DNA of 64,000 nucleotides from an uncultured Lachnospiraceae bacterium (GTDB taxonomy: Bacteria > Bacillota > Clostridia > Lachnospirales > Vallitaleaceae): NCBI GenBank assembly GCA_963550755.1, contig CAUVDV010000001.1, forward strand, positions 2,721 to 66,720. The letters are read 5' to 3'. Below the pieces are notes generated by a model. It searched no databases, was not told the DNA's origin, and saw only the letters and a program-made list of their open reading frames with translations. The position numbers and the translations under genes are program-made. Numbering within the stretch: position 1 is the first letter of the stretch; each line of letters begins with the position of its first letter. Positions 21,379 to 32,384 of the stretch are shown one piece after another.

Positions 21379-22164
21379 TTAAAATCCCCGGCGCTGGCGA
21401 ACTGCTTCATAAATGAGGATGCCGGCCGAAACCGACGCATTTAGCGAATCGATCCGGCCAAACATCGGCACCGATACGATAAAATCACATTTTTCTCTGG
21501 TCAGGCGGGAAAGTCCGTCGCCCTCGCTGCCAATAACGATGCCCAGCGCTCCCTTTAAATCGGCCTGATACATGAGCTGCCCGTCCATATCGGCGCCGGC
21601 GATCCATAGTCCCTGCTTTTTCAGGTAATCAATGGTTTGGTTTATATTGGTGACCTGCGCCACCGGCAGATATTCAATCGCCCCGGAGCTGGTCTTAGCC
21701 ACCGTTTCCGTCAACGGCGCCGACCGCCGCTCCGGCACAATCACCCCATGGCAACCCGCCTGATGCGCCGTCCGAATAATTGCCCCCAGATTATGTGGGT
21801 CGGTAATCTGGTCCAATAAAATAACAAAAGGCGGTTCCCCCTTTTGCGCTGCCGCATCTAAAATATCATCCAGTGATGTGTACGCATACGCTCCGGCCAC
21901 GGCTACCACTCCCTGATGCTTGTCCGGGCAGTAGCGGTCAAGCTCCTCCTTCGGCAAATACCGAACCGGCACTCCGGCCGCCGCTGCTAAGGCTTCCAAC
22001 TCCGCATTTCGGCTGCCTTCCTGCAAAAGGAGCTCCCTCACTGCGCCGCCGGCCTTTAATTTCTCCGCCGCCGCATGATAACCGCCCAGCCATAAGCTGC
22101 CGTCCTTGGGTCTAACATAGGCGCGTTTACTGTTTTTTTCATTTTTTTGATAATTTTTTCCCAT
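21379..22164 (-). CDS. rlmB: 23S rRNA (Gm2251) 2'-O-methyltransferase
   Basis: HQGVVA, DPHNLGAIIRTA, GSEGDG and SLNASV SpoU motifs; synteny. Confidence 0.95.
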   Translation of the reverse strand: MGKNYQKNEKNSKRAYVRPKDGSLWLGGYHAAAEKLKAGGAVRELLLQEGSRNAELEALAAAAGVPVRYLPKEELDRYCPDKHQGVVAVAGAYAYTSLDDILDAAAQKGEPPFVILLDQITDPHNLGAIIRTAHQAGCHGVIVPERRSAPLTETVAKTSSGAIEYLPVAQVTNINQTIDYLKKQGLWIAGADMDGQLMYQADLKGALGIVIGSEGDGLSRLTREKCDFIVSVPMFGRIDSLNASVSAGILIYEAVRQRRGF

Positions 22165-22470
22165 TCTTTTCTCACTTTATTGCTTTACTTTTTTCTGTAT
22201 TTTTTCTGTCTTCCGCTAAGCCTCCTAAATTCAGGCTTTCATCGGCTGCATAAATGCCATATCGCAAATCCCCATTCCCGGCCGCCGCAAAGATCCGCCT
22301 TTCTAAAACGAGCGCGCCAAAAAACTATTCAAATGAACCCCGACAAGCTGAGTTTTTAATTAAGCCCTGCGGCAACGGCACCGCCAAAATACCCCAGCTC
22401 CATTTTCTCAATATCGGCGGATTTCCCGGCCATGATTTTACCACTTTCCTATATCGCACACCAGCCGGTA

Positions 22471-24075
22471 TTAATCCAGCCAGTTCCGCTTTTGTAAATA
22501 CTTCAAAATTCGCCCGCCCTGCGGCAAAGCCAAAATTTCTTCGGCCGTAAAGCCCCGCAGCTTTAAGAGCAGCAGCCCATAAACCGGGATCCCGACCGCT
22601 ACCGCCAGCAGCACCGCCAGCGCATTTTTTCCGCCGGCCGCCAGTACCGCCGTATACACCAGCCAAACCGCTGCCCCCATGCCTGCCGCCGCCACCAGCG
22701 GCCGCCACAGGATTAAGCGATAATCTAAGCGCAGTCCGGTTTCTTTTTTTAAAAAGAAAGCATTGATCGCCAAAATAACGATAAAATAAAGAATGGACGC
22801 CCAAATCAGCGCCGCCGCCCCTAAGCCCGCCTTTAAAAAAAGGATATTGCCGGCCAGCTTAAAAACTGCCGCCAGAAGCACCGCCAGGAGAGTCTTGTAA
22901 TAGCCGGATAAGCCCTGTAAAATGCTGCTGACGCTTTGCGCCAAAATCATCACCAGCATACAAACGCTGTACAGCTGAAGCAAACCGCCGGATATGGTTT
23001 CCTTATAATACAGCAGGCGCAGGATCGGCTCAGCCAGCAAAAAAATACCAAACATGGCCGGCAGCCCCATTTTCATCACCAATTGCAGTCCCATATTGAT
23101 TTTATCGTTCATTTCCTGCTGGTCCCGGCGCACGCCGGCCGCCGCTACCGCCGGCAGAATGCTGACCGATAAAGCGGCGCTGATCGCCAGCGGCACATTA
23201 ATCACCGTCTGCGCGGTCGTTACGCTGCTCAGCGCCAGCCGGGCGTTTTCCGCCGAATCGCCCAAAGCCGCAAATAAATGGTAAATCGTGGCCCCGTCAA
23301 TAAAGCCCATAATCGAGATCATGGCCGAAGAAATCGTAATCGGCACGGCAATCCAAACAATCCGGCGAAAAAGCGCGCCGATTCCCGGCTGAACATCTAT
23401 GCCGACGCTGCCGTCTGCTTTTTTTAAAAAATCCGGCAGCTGCCGCCGGTACTGCCACAGCAAATACAAAGTCGTCAGGATAAAACTAACGGAAATCCCA
23501 ATGGCCGCCCCGCTGATGCTGATATAATCCGGCAGCCCGCGCTTCATCAACAGATAAACAAGTCCCACGCCGATCGCCGCCTTGGCTGTGTTTTCAATGA
23601 TTTGGCTGACCGCCGTCGGCAGCATATTCTGCATCCCTTGAAAATAGCCGCGAATCGCCCCAGAAATACCGATTAAAAAAGGCGACAAGGCCAGCCCCCA
23701 GAGAACATAGCGCGTTTCCGACTCCCAGGCAAGCACCCCGGCCCAAGCCGGCAAAAACACAAAGATAATGCTGACGCCCAGTCCCAATGCCGCCGCCAGC
23801 CAAAACCCGGTTTGAAAGACCCGATGCGCCCGGCGGTAGTTGCCCGCTTCCCGCTCCTCGGCCACCAGCTTGGAAATGGTCGCCGGAATCCCGGTTAACA
23901 GCGCCGCCGTCAGTACCAGATAAATCGAATAAACGGTATTGAAATAACCCATCGTTTTGATCCCGACCAGATTGGTCAGCGGCAGCTTATATAAAATATT
24001 AATCAGCTTCACGATCAAGCCGGAAAACGATAAAATCATCGTTCCGGTAATCAGACGCTTCGTTTGCTTCGTCAT
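22471..24075 (-). CDS. MOP-superfamily polysaccharide/lipid II flippase-like protein (SpoVB/YabM/MurJ family)
   Basis: GIPATISKLVAE, RGYFQG.QNM.PTAVSQIIE motifs; about 14 transmembrane segments. Confidence 0.88.
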   Translation of the reverse strand: MTKQTKRLITGTMILSFSGLIVKLINILYKLPLTNLVGIKTMGYFNTVYSIYLVLTAALLTGIPATISKLVAEEREAGNYRRAHRVFQTGFWLAAALGLGVSIIFVFLPAWAGVLAWESETRYVLWGLALSPFLIGISGAIRGYFQGMQNMLPTAVSQIIENTAKAAIGVGLVYLLMKRGLPDYISISGAAIGISVSFILTTLYLLWQYRRQLPDFLKKADGSVGIDVQPGIGALFRRIVWIAVPITISSAMISIMGFIDGATIYHLFAALGDSAENARLALSSVTTAQTVINVPLAISAALSVSILPAVAAAGVRRDQQEMNDKINMGLQLVMKMGLPAMFGIFLLAEPILRLLYYKETISGGLLQLYSVCMLVMILAQSVSSILQGLSGYYKTLLAVLLAAVFKLAGNILFLKAGLGAAALIWASILYFIVILAINAFFLKKETGLRLDYRLILWRPLVAAAGMGAAVWLVYTAVLAAGGKNALAVLLAVAVGIPVYGLLLLKLRGFTAEEILALPQGGRILKYLQKRNWLD

Positions 24076-24076
24076 G

Positions 24077-24487
24077 TCAAGATACCCCTTTGGCCATTAA
24101 AACGCTCAGCCTCTCCATTTCTCCCTTTAAAAAAAGATAGCCCAGCAGCGTTTCCACTCCGGTCGCCACTGCGTATTCCTCGGGACTGGCGTGCTTCGGC
24201 ACGTGAATCGTCTTGGCATTTCGGCCGCGTTTAAAAATAGTTTGTTCTTCTTCGGTCAGCTCTGCTTTAATCTTGTCGTAAAACGCTGCCTGCCCCTCGG
24301 CTTTGACATAGGCCGTTACCCGCTCATGATAATGGTGAGCCTGGGCATTGCCCTCAGCCACCACCATATAGCGGAGAAACAGGTCAAAAACATTATCTCC
24401 CAAATAAGCCAGGCTCAAAGGAGAATAGCTTTTAATATCCTTGGGCACGATTTGCAGCCGCGCCAAAAAATCCGCAAATATATCCAT
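24077..24487 (-). CDS. mrnC: Mini-ribonuclease III
   Basis: LAYLGDNV, KRGRNAK and YAVATGVETLLGYL; follows cysS. Confidence 0.94.
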   Translation of the reverse strand: MDIFADFLARLQIVPKDIKSYSPLSLAYLGDNVFDLFLRYMVVAEGNAQAHHYHERVTAYVKAEGQAAFYDKIKAELTEEEQTIFKRGRNAKTIHVPKHASPEEYAVATGVETLLGYLFLKGEMERLSVLMAKGVS

Positions 24488-24785
24488 AAATTTCCTCTAC
24501 TTACCGGAACAACCGATTGCTTTCCTTTTTTACATCCTCAATTTTCCCCGGCGAAGCACGGCGGCTTTGGCTCTGTCCCGCTCAAAGAACGGCGCCTCCT
24601 GCCGTTCGGCAGCCCATCGGCTGACTCTCACCATTTGCTCGCACAGCGTCTTTTTCTGCCGCCTGCCGCTGTTCAGCTCTGTCATAAAATCCGCTGCCGG
24701 CAGCCTCCGTAGACTTTTCGCCGCCATTTGCCCCGCAAATCGTCTGCCGTTTTTCCGCTTTCTATCCGAAACCGCCAATCCGCCG

Positions 24786-26204
24786 CTATTTTTCGGAAGG
24801 TGTATGACTGCGTTTATATTTAACGCCCTCTCTGGTATCTTCCAGGATAATTCCCTGCTGCAAAAGTTCCTGCCGGATTTGGTCTGCCCGGGCAAAATCC
24901 TTGGCCTGCCGCGCCCTTTGCCGTTCTTCAATCTTTTGCTGAATTTCAGCGTCCAGCAAAACCGTTTCATCCTTTAGCTCCAAGCCCAAAATAAAACTAA
25001 ACTCGGCAAACAGCCGCAAATAAGCAGCTCTTTCCGCCGGCGGCGTTTGCTCGCTGACCTCCGTATTCGTCAGCCGGCTCAGCTCAAAGAAAGCCGTAAT
25101 CGCATCCGGCGTATTAAAATCTGCTTCCATGGCCTGAATAAAATCCTGCTTAATTTTATTGAGCTGCGGAAAAGCGGAAAAATCCCAGTTTTCATCGCCA
25201 GACGGTATCTTTTCACCGGCGGTCAGCTCCTTTAACCGGTTATAGGCATTGCCCAGCCGCGTAAGGCTTTGCGCCGCCGCATCCATTAGCTGCCGGCTGA
25301 AGTTTAAAGGCTTGCGGTAATGCGCCGACAGCAGCAAAAAGCGAATCACCGGATAAGGATACTCGGCCGCAATCTGTCTGACCGTAAAGAAATTGCCCAG
25401 CGATTTGCTCATCTTTTTGTTATCAATGTTAATAAAGCCGTTATGCATAAAATAGCGGGCAAACTCCTGGCCGTTAGCACATTCAGACTGCGCAATCTCA
25501 TTTTCATGATGCGGAAAAATCAAATCAACGCCGCCGGCATGAATATCAATCGTTTCGCCCAAATAACGGTGCGCCATTTCCGAGCATTCAATATGCCAGC
25601 CCGGCCGGCCGTCGCTCCACGGCGCGCTCCAGGACGGCTCACCCTCTTTCTTCGGTTTCCACAGCACGAAATCAAAAGGACTGCGCTTTTGCTCATCAAC
25701 CTCCACCCGGCTGCCGGCCTCTAATTCTTCCAGCTTTTTACCCGACAGCTTGCCGTACTCATGAAACTTCTGAGGCATAAAAAAGACGGAACCGCCTTGT
25801 TCATAGGCATAGCCCTTATCAATCAGTTCGCTGATCATCCGGATAATACCGCCGATTTCCTCGGTCGCGCGCGGATGAATCATCGGCAGGGTATTAAGCC
25901 CCGCGTAATCCTTTTCCATCTCGGCAATTATACTTTCCGCGTACTCGGCCGTCGGAATACCGGCCTGATTGGCCCGGGCAATGATTTTGTCGTCAATATC
26001 GGTATAGTTTTGAACAAAAGTAACCTGATAGCCGCTGTAGCGCAAAAACCGGTGTACCACATCAAAAACGACTACCGGCCGGGCATTGCCGATATGCATC
26101 AAATCATAGACCGTCGGCCCGCAGACATACATTTTGACCTTGCCTGCTTCCAACGGCTGAAAGACTTCTTCTTTTTTGGATAAAGTATTATAAATTATGA
26201 GCAT
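24786..26204 (-). CDS. cysS: cysteine--tRNA ligase
   Basis: [38 protein letters not shown] and KMSKS motifs. Confidence 0.98.
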   Translation of the reverse strand: MLIIYNTLSKKEEVFQPLEAGKVKMYVCGPTVYDLMHIGNARPVVVFDVVHRFLRYSGYQVTFVQNYTDIDDKIIARANQAGIPTAEYAESIIAEMEKDYAGLNTLPMIHPRATEEIGGIIRMISELIDKGYAYEQGGSVFFMPQKFHEYGKLSGKKLEELEAGSRVEVDEQKRSPFDFVLWKPKKEGEPSWSAPWSDGRPGWHIECSEMAHRYLGETIDIHAGGVDLIFPHHENEIAQSECANGQEFARYFMHNGFINIDNKKMSKSLGNFFTVRQIAAEYPYPVIRFLLLSAHYRKPLNFSRQLMDAAAQSLTRLGNAYNRLKELTAGEKIPSGDENWDFSAFPQLNKIKQDFIQAMEADFNTPDAITAFFELSRLTNTEVSEQTPPAERAAYLRLFAEFSFILGLELKDETVLLDAEIQQKIEERQRARQAKDFARADQIRQELLQQGIILEDTREGVKYKRSHTPSEK

Positions 26205-26902
26205 TTATGATCTCCTTCACAGCATTCCTGATATAAATATTCCAAATCCTCCTGACTAAGTCCCCCGGCCCGATGCTCGACATAGCGCATCCGCAGCTTT
26301 AGCTTGCAAATCTCACGCCGAATCGGATCGGGCAAATCAACCTGATTTAACGTGTCTTTCGGGGCTTGATGAACCCGGTTTTTTACCACCCGGCCGGGGA
26401 TCCCGACCACTGTCGAATACGGCGGCACCGGATGCAGCACCACCGCGCCCGCCCCGATTTTGGAGTCATGACCGACCGTAAAGGAACCCAGCACTTTCGC
26501 CCCGGCGCTGATCATTACATTATCCTCAATGGTCGGATGCCTTTTTTTCCATTCCTTGCCGGTCCCGCCCAAGGTAACGCCCTGATAAATGGTAACATTA
26601 TTCCCGATCACCGCCGTTTCGCCAATCACCACGCCATGGCCGTGATCAATAAACAAACCCTTGCCAATCCTGGCTCCCGGATGAATCTCAATCCCCGTCC
26701 GCCGGGTACTCCAGGTTGAAATCAGCCGCGCCAGAAAGAAAAATCGGCGGCGGTAAAAATAATGCGCCAGCCGGTAGTGCAGCAGGGCGTGCAGACTGGG
26801 ATACAGCAAAGTTTCCGCCCGGCTTTTCACCGCCGGATCTCTGTCCATAATGACCTTGATCTCATCTTCAATATTTTTTTTAAGCTTTCTATATATTGAC
26901 AT
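26195..26902 (-). CDS. cysE: serine O-acetyltransferase
   Basis: [24 protein letters not shown] and GGTGKE..KRHPT hexapeptide motifs. Confidence 0.96.
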   Translation of the reverse strand: MSIYRKLKKNIEDEIKVIMDRDPAVKSRAETLLYPSLHALLHYRLAHYFYRRRFFFLARLISTWSTRRTGIEIHPGARIGKGLFIDHGHGVVIGETAVIGNNVTIYQGVTLGGTGKEWKKRHPTIEDNVMISAGAKVLGSFTVGHDSKIGAGAVVLHPVPPYSTVVGIPGRVVKNRVHQAPKDTLNQVDLPDPIRREICKLKLRMRYVEHRAGGLSQEDLEYLYQECCEGDHKCS

Positions 26903-27051
26903 TTTTCAGCAAGCCTTTCATTTCCGCCTTTCCCTGTCAAAGTGCGCCGCCCTTTGCCAAATCAAAACGCCGCCGATTTTGGCCGCCGACTCACCATCCG
27001 CACGGTTTTTCCGGCCAAACGCGCACGAACAGCCGATTATGCGCCAGCCGG

Positions 27052-28416
27052 TTATTGACTGAGAGCAGCTATCCTAGATTCAGCATAACCCTTCTTATCG
27101 GTGTTCGGATATCTTTCCAGCAAAAGCTTATACATTTCAAGCGCTTTGACCTGATCACCGGCTTTTTCATAGGTTCTGCCCAGAAAATAAATGACATCAT
27201 CGCTGAAATCAACACCGGCGTCATATTTCATGGCCAGAGTCAAATCATTAATCGCTTTATCCAGCTGATTTCGGCTGTAAGCCCCATAGCCACTGATATA
27301 AAAAGTCTGACTGACTTTGGGATAAACCAATTGCTTGAGCTGGGCGACCGCCGTATCGACCAATGCGTTTTCAGACGGTATAATCGCCGCCAGTGCTTCG
27401 GCCGCCGCATTTAAATCGCCTGCCAAATAAACGCCGGCCGCTGCAATATAGCCATCGGCCGCCGCTGTTTTTTGCGCCGCCAGCTGCACTTCTTTGACCA
27501 TCGCTTTCACCTGCTGCTCCTTTTGCTCGGCTTCTTTATCCGCATTTTCCTTTTCCTGACGGAGAGCGCTATTTTCCTCCTGCAAAATCACGATCTCTTT
27601 TTTTAAATCCTCCGATTTATCCGTCAGCAGGCTTTTTTGATACGGCCATACCAAAAAATACAGAAGTCCCGCGCCCAAAAGAATTCCCAGCCCTAAAGTG
27701 GCAATCTGCTGCAAGCTTTGATTAAGGACAATCTGTCTTTGATTTTGCTGCTTGAGCTTTTTCGTTTCTTCCTCCGGCGTTAATATTTTTTCGTCGCCGT
27801 CTTTTTGCGCCAAATCGGCATAATATTTTCTGGCTAAAGAGTGTCCCGCGTCAATCTGCAGTATCTTTTGCAGCTCTCGTTTCGCCCCAAGCGTATCGCC
27901 GGTCTTAACGTACAAGAGCGTCAGCAGCAGATAGGCTTTAATAAAGTTAGGGTTTAACGATACTGCCTTTTTTAAATTAATGATGGCTAAGTCATACGAA
28001 CCGGTCCGGATATGCTCTAAGGACTGGTTATATTTTTTGATGGTATTATCCACATCTTCCAAAGTTGTCTTGTTTTTTTGGACAACTTTTAAATATTGCT
28101 CAGCCAGATTATCCTCCGGAAAAAAGTTTTGGCTTAAAACCCATTCGCTTAAAGCCAGCACTGTTTCGCCCTGTTCAAAGTAAATCAAGCCCAGCAAGTT
28201 CCTGGCATCTTTGTGGTACTTATTCAACCGGATGCTTTGCTTTAAAATATCGGCTGCTCCGCTTAAATCCCTGGTTTTTGCTCTCTCTAACCCCAAGTTA
28301 TAGTATAGATTGGAGAGCTGCTCCGCTTTTCGATAAGAAGGATACTTGCGGTGGCAGACCTTACATTCCAGATCGTCGGTCAAAACATGCCCGCAGCGAA
28401 AACATCTCCTATTCAT
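27052..28416 (-). CDS. membrane-anchored tetratricopeptide-repeat protein with N-terminal zinc ribbon
   Basis: CFRC...CKVC, several TPR repeats, one transmembrane helix (GLGILLGAGLLYFLVWP), a coiled coil and C-terminal TPRs. Confidence 0.85.
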   Translation of the reverse strand: MNRRCFRCGHVLTDDLECKVCHRKYPSYRKAEQLSNLYYNLGLERAKTRDLSGAADILKQSIRLNKYHKDARNLLGLIYFEQGETVLALSEWVLSQNFFPEDNLAEQYLKVVQKNKTTLEDVDNTIKKYNQSLEHIRTGSYDLAIINLKKAVSLNPNFIKAYLLLTLLYVKTGDTLGAKRELQKILQIDAGHSLARKYYADLAQKDGDEKILTPEEETKKLKQQNQRQIVLNQSLQQIATLGLGILLGAGLLYFLVWPYQKSLLTDKSEDLKKEIVILQEENSALRQEKENADKEAEQKEQQVKAMVKEVQLAAQKTAAADGYIAAAGVYLAGDLNAAAEALAAIIPSENALVDTAVAQLKQLVYPKVSQTFYISGYGAYSRNQLDKAINDLTLAMKYDAGVDFSDDVIYFLGRTYEKAGDQVKALEMYKLLLERYPNTDKKGYAESRIAALSQ

Positions 28417-28564
28417 GTGCCGGCTTCTCCTCCTTCAGCTCCTGAATCATTTCATTTAAAACGTCAATTACGTCCTTGGCTTCATATTTATAAATAACCG
28501 CTTCTACTTCCGATAAATCCGTACAAGGTTTAAACTTTTTAATTTCCTCTTCAAATTGAATCAT
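28409..28564 (-). CDS. small hypothetical protein (51 aa) coupled to the TPR gene
   Basis: GGAG RBS, MIQFEEEIKKFKPC...; stop overlaps the TPR start. Confidence 0.7.
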   Translation of the reverse strand: MIQFEEEIKKFKPCTDLSEVEAVIYKYEAKDVIDVLNEMIQELKEEKPAHE

Positions 28565-28970
28565 TTTCTGCTCCTTTCCGGCGCTGCCCTTATCTTCCGT
28601 TGGCCCGAACAAGAACAAATCTTGCCGGCAGGATCCGTCGTCTATGGGAAACCGGGCAAATAGCCTCATCATTTCCGCAGCCAATCCCGCCGAGAGATTT
28701 TTCCCTCAGACTAAAAAAAGATAAAACTCACCCAATTTTATCTATCATATCATTCTTTTGCCGTTCTGTCAAAAAAAAGTAGGCAAAATGGACAAGGGTA
28801 AAATGGACAGAGATTTAGCCGATACCTCCGCACGGAAATACGTCTGTTCCAATCGGAAAAGCGGAAGAAAGCCGAAAACCAAAATCGCTTCACGGAAAAT
28901 CCAAAAGGAAGCAATTTTTTTGATGGACTTAGCGAAACGGTCGAAAGGAAGCTCGAAAACGAAAAAGCTA

Positions 28971-29026
28971 TTTTCACAGTTTTTTCACAATTTTCACATA
29001 AAAATGACACATTGCTTTTTTATAAT
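28971..29026 (+). promoter_or_regulatory. htrA promoter with three TTTTCACA direct repeats (CssR/OmpR-type boxes) and TATAAT -10
   Basis: TTTTCACA at 28971, 28982 and 28991; TATAAT at 29021; no good -35 at 17-bp spacing. Confidence 0.6.
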
Positions 29027-29115
29027 ACAAGCAGTTTCCCGAAAGACGGCTCGCTACGAGCGCTTACGGTACAGGCTATCAGAATAAATTCTTGACCATA
29101 AATAAGGAGGACAAC

Positions 29116-30858
29116 ATGGATAATAGAAATCAAAATCTTAATAATAAAAATCTTCCGGCTTCGCCGGAATGGACAGCGGAAACCTATTTTGCCGGCAGCC
29201 AACAAGATGCAGCGGAAACTGCCGCACCCGCAGCCGAAGCTACCGGCGCTGATGCCGATCCGGCCGCTATGCCGGCCGGCACACCAGAGATGAGCCAAGC
29301 GGTAGAAGCATCACAGTCTGTTCCCGACATGCCGGAAATCGACCCGATTTATCAGAATATACCGGCTGCCGCTTATTCCCAGCCCGGCTCAGGCCAAGCA
29401 GGATACCAGCCGAACAGCCAAGCGCATGATTTTGGTCAATATCAGCCAAATTATCAAGCCGAACCAACCGGCGGCAGCCCTTACTTTTCGGCACAGCCCG
29501 CGCCAAATGCTGCCAAGCCGGCCCCCAGCTATCATGAAGTCAAGGCCAAACGGAAGCAGCGCGGTAAGGGCATGCGCTTTATCGCCGCTTGCCTGGCCTT
29601 GGCACTGGCTCTTTACGGCAGCTACTCTTTAGGCTCTTATCAGGCTGAGCAGCGAATTGACGAAAAGCTAACGGAATTTCAGCAGGAACTGAAAAATACG
29701 CAAACGACCGCTGTTGTTCAGCCGCTGCAATCCTCACCATCGCTGGGTAGTTCGACCGCCGAAGAGGCGAAAAAAGACGCACCGGTCGCTCCGTCAACCA
29801 CCAGCGTATCGCCGGTAGTGGCAATTGCCGAACGGGTCGTGCCGTCGGTCGTCACCATCACCAGCACCATTGCTCCGTCCCGAAGCTCCGGTCTTTTTTC
29901 CGGCGGCCAGGCCTCCGGCAGCGGTATTTTGTATAAAACCGAGGGCGACAGCTTGTATTTAATCACCAATCATCATGTCATTGAAAACGGCAGCCTGATT
30001 CGAGTTACTTTTTCCAACGGCGAAAGCGCTGACGCGGAAGTTGTCGGTTACGATTCCCGCAATGATCTGGCGGTCTTAAAGGTAAGTTTGGCTGACTTAA
30101 ATGACAAAAATCTGACAATGGCCACCTTTGGCGATTCTTCTGCCTTAAAGGTCGGTCAGCTGGCTGTTGCCATCGGCAATCCCTTAGGCGAAGGACATGA
30201 TCACACGATCACCGCCGGTGTTATCAGCTCGGTCAACCGAACTTTGGATATTGAGAACATTAAAAACTTGGAAGTGATTCAAACCGACGCCGCAATCAAC
30301 CCCGGCAACAGCGGCGGCGCTCTGGTCAATGAACGCGGCGAAGTAATCGGCATTAATACTGCTAAATACTCCGATGTCAAAGTCGAAGGTATGGGCTTTG
30401 CCATCCCCAGCAATATCGCCATGTCGGTGGTAGAAAAAATCCTGAAAAACGGCAGCGGCGACGCAGCCTATGCGTTAAGCGATGACCGGCCGTTTTTGGG
30501 CATTGGTTATTCCGCTATCACCAGCGATATTTACGCCAAAACCGGCGTTCCGTTCGGCGTTTATGTAACGAAAGTTTATGACGGCAGCGCCGCTGCCGCC
30601 GCCGGAGTAAAGGCCGGCGATATCCTGTTCTCGCTTGACGGTGTTCGGATCAAAGACGCTAATATGCTGTTTGACAACATCGGCAAGCTGGAATTGGGAC
30701 AAACTGTAAAACTTGGTCTGGTCCGCGGCGAGGAAATTTTTGAAGTAGAAGCGGTCATTACCTCCTTCGGTGAAGTCAATGCTAAAAATAACGGCGAATT
30801 AGGAAACAAATCGCAGGAAAACCGCAGTGAAAACCAAAACACTGATCAAGATAAATAG
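29116..30858 (+). CDS. htrA: HtrA/DegP serine protease with PDZ domain
   Basis: AAGGAGG RBS; low-complexity N-terminus, TM helix, TNHHV, DLAVLKV, QTDAAINPGNSGG and a PDZ domain. Confidence 0.95.
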   Translation: MDNRNQNLNNKNLPASPEWTAETYFAGSQQDAAETAAPAAEATGADADPAAMPAGTPEMSQAVEASQSVPDMPEIDPIYQNIPAAAYSQPGSGQAGYQPNSQAHDFGQYQPNYQAEPTGGSPYFSAQPAPNAAKPAPSYHEVKAKRKQRGKGMRFIAACLALALALYGSYSLGSYQAEQRIDEKLTEFQQELKNTQTTAVVQPLQSSPSLGSSTAEEAKKDAPVAPSTTSVSPVVAIAERVVPSVVTITSTIAPSRSSGLFSGGQASGSGILYKTEGDSLYLITNHHVIENGSLIRVTFSNGESADAEVVGYDSRNDLAVLKVSLADLNDKNLTMATFGDSSALKVGQLAVAIGNPLGEGHDHTITAGVISSVNRTLDIENIKNLEVIQTDAAINPGNSGGALVNERGEVIGINTAKYSDVKVEGMGFAIPSNIAMSVVEKILKNGSGDAAYALSDDRPFLGIGYSAITSDIYAKTGVPFGVYVTKVYDGSAAAAAGVKAGDILFSLDGVRIKDANMLFDNIGKLELGQTVKLGLVRGEEIFEVEAVITSFGEVNAKNNGELGNKSQENRSENQNTDQDK

Positions 30859-30896
30859 CTCCTTTTAGTCAGCGGATAAATCCCCCCTTTATCCGG

Positions 30897-30950
30897 AAAA
30901 AGGGAGTGTTGTGAAATGATGGCCTCATCATTTGGCAGCGCTCCCTTTTA
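30897..30950. terminator. intrinsic terminator after htrA
   Basis: aaaagggagtg...aaatgat-loop-atcattt...cgctccctttt. Confidence 0.75.
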
Positions 30951-31018
30951 TTTGTTTTGATCATTAACTCCGCTTTTTCCTGCCAGAAACTTTGCTTTTT
31001 TCCCGGGCGGGCGAACTC

Positions 31019-31190
31019 AGCGAAAAACACAGTCTTTTGATAAACCTAGCGAAAGGCGCAGTCTTTTGGCAAATCCAGCGAAAAGACATAACCTCTTTAA
31101 CAAACCCAGTGAAGATGCGCCGTCTTTTGACAAAGTCAGTAAAAAGACACAGCCTTTTGGCAAATCCAGCGAAAAAGCACAGCCCAGTCA
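31019..31190. repeat. degenerate tandem repeat, six units of about 29-31 bp
   Basis: Units such as agcgaaaaacacagtcttttgataaacct, agcgaaaggcgcagtcttttggcaaatcc and agtaaaaagacacagccttttggcaaatcc. Confidence 0.8.
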
Positions 31191-31226
31191 AAAGCTTGTC
31201 TAACAAACACAGGAAAGATAAGTTAA

Positions 31227-32384
31227 TTATTTAACCGCTTGTTTCACCGCCGCCGCCACCGCCGGCGCGACCCGGCTGTCAAAGGGATCGGGAATCACAT
31301 ATTCCGCCGTTAGTTCCTCCGCCCGGATCAATCCGGCCAGCGCTTCAGCCGCCGCCATTTTCATTTCTTCAGTGATTTCCTTTGCACCGGCGTCCAGCGC
31401 TCCCCGAAAAATTCCGGGGAAAACCAATACATTATTGATTTGATTCGGATAATCGCTCCGCCCGGTGGCAATAATCACCGCTCCCGCCCGGCGCGCTTCT
31501 TCCGGCATAATTTCCGGAACCGGGTTTGACATCGCAAAAATCATCGGTGCCGGCGCCATTGACCGCACCATATCAGCTGTTAAAATATTGGGCGCGGAAA
31601 CACCGATAAAAACGTCCTTCCCCTTAATCACATCCGCTAAGCTTCCCTTTTCCTGGCGCGGATTGGTCAACTCCGCAATTTCTTTTTTAGCCGCGGTCAG
31701 GCCGGCATCGCTTTGGGCCAGCGCGCCTTTCCGGTCCAGCAAAATAATATCTTTTACCCCAAAACGCAGCAGCAGCTTAGCAATGGCAATGCCAGCCGCC
31801 CCCGCCCCACTGATGACCATTTTCAGCGCCGCCAGCGGCCGGCCGGTCAAGCGGGAGGCATTGAGCAAAGCCGCACACAGCGCGATGGCCGTACCATGCT
31901 GATCATCATGAAAAACCGGAATATCCAGTTCCTTTTTTAAGCGGCTCTCAATTTCAAAACAGCGCGGCGCGGCAATATCCTCCAAGTTAATACCGCCAAA
32001 GCCCGGCGCAATATTTTTCACGGTTTGAATAATTTCCTCAGTATCTTTTGTGGCCAAACAAATCGGAAACGCATCGACATTGCCGAATTCCTTAAACAAA
32101 ATCGCCTTGCCTTCCATCACCGGCATGGCCGCTTCCGGTCCGATATCACCCAATCCCAAAACCGCCGTACCATCAGTGACGACCGCCACCAGGTTCCCTT
32201 TGGCCGTATATTTATAAGCATCGGCCCGATCAGTGGCAATTCTAAGGCAAGGCTCCGCCACGCCCGGCGTATACGCCACGCTCAAATCTTCCCTGGTCTT
32301 AACCTTGACCTTGGACTGAATCTCAATCTTGCCCCGATGCTCTTCATGCAGTTTCAAACTTTCCGCTTTAAAATCCATTTTCAT
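31227..32384 (-). CDS. NAD(P)-dependent malic enzyme
   Basis: [43 protein letters not shown] and [19 protein letters not shown]. Confidence 0.96.
   Translation of the reverse strand: MKMDFKAESLKLHEEHRGKIEIQSKVKVKTREDLSVAYTPGVAEPCLRIATDRADAYKYTAKGNLVAVVTDGTAVLGLGDIGPEAAMPVMEGKAILFKEFGNVDAFPICLATKDTEEIIQTVKNIAPGFGGINLEDIAAPRCFEIESRLKKELDIPVFHDDQHGTAIALCAALLNASRLTGRPLAALKMVISGAGAAGIAIAKLLLRFGVKDIILLDRKGALAQSDAGLTAAKKEIAELTNPRQEKGSLADVIKGKDVFIGVSAPNILTADMVRSMAPAPMIFAMSNPVPEIMPEEARRAGAVIIATGRSDYPNQINNVLVFPGIFRGALDAGAKEITEEMKMAAAEALAGLIRAEELTAEYVIPDPFDSRVAPAVAAAVKQAVK

Noticed and set aside
24441..24977. Overlapping 178-aa and 146-aa ORFs between cysS and mrnC
   Set aside because: Low-information open frames in a GC-rich spacer, overlapping real genes.
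26903..27051. Cys T-box upstream of cysE-cysS
   Set aside because: The gap is only about 150 bp and has no GGTGGNACCGCG T-box motif or terminator.
31019..31190. Possible CRISPR array
   Set aside because: Units are degenerate and adjacent with no unique spacers; no cas genes in the window.
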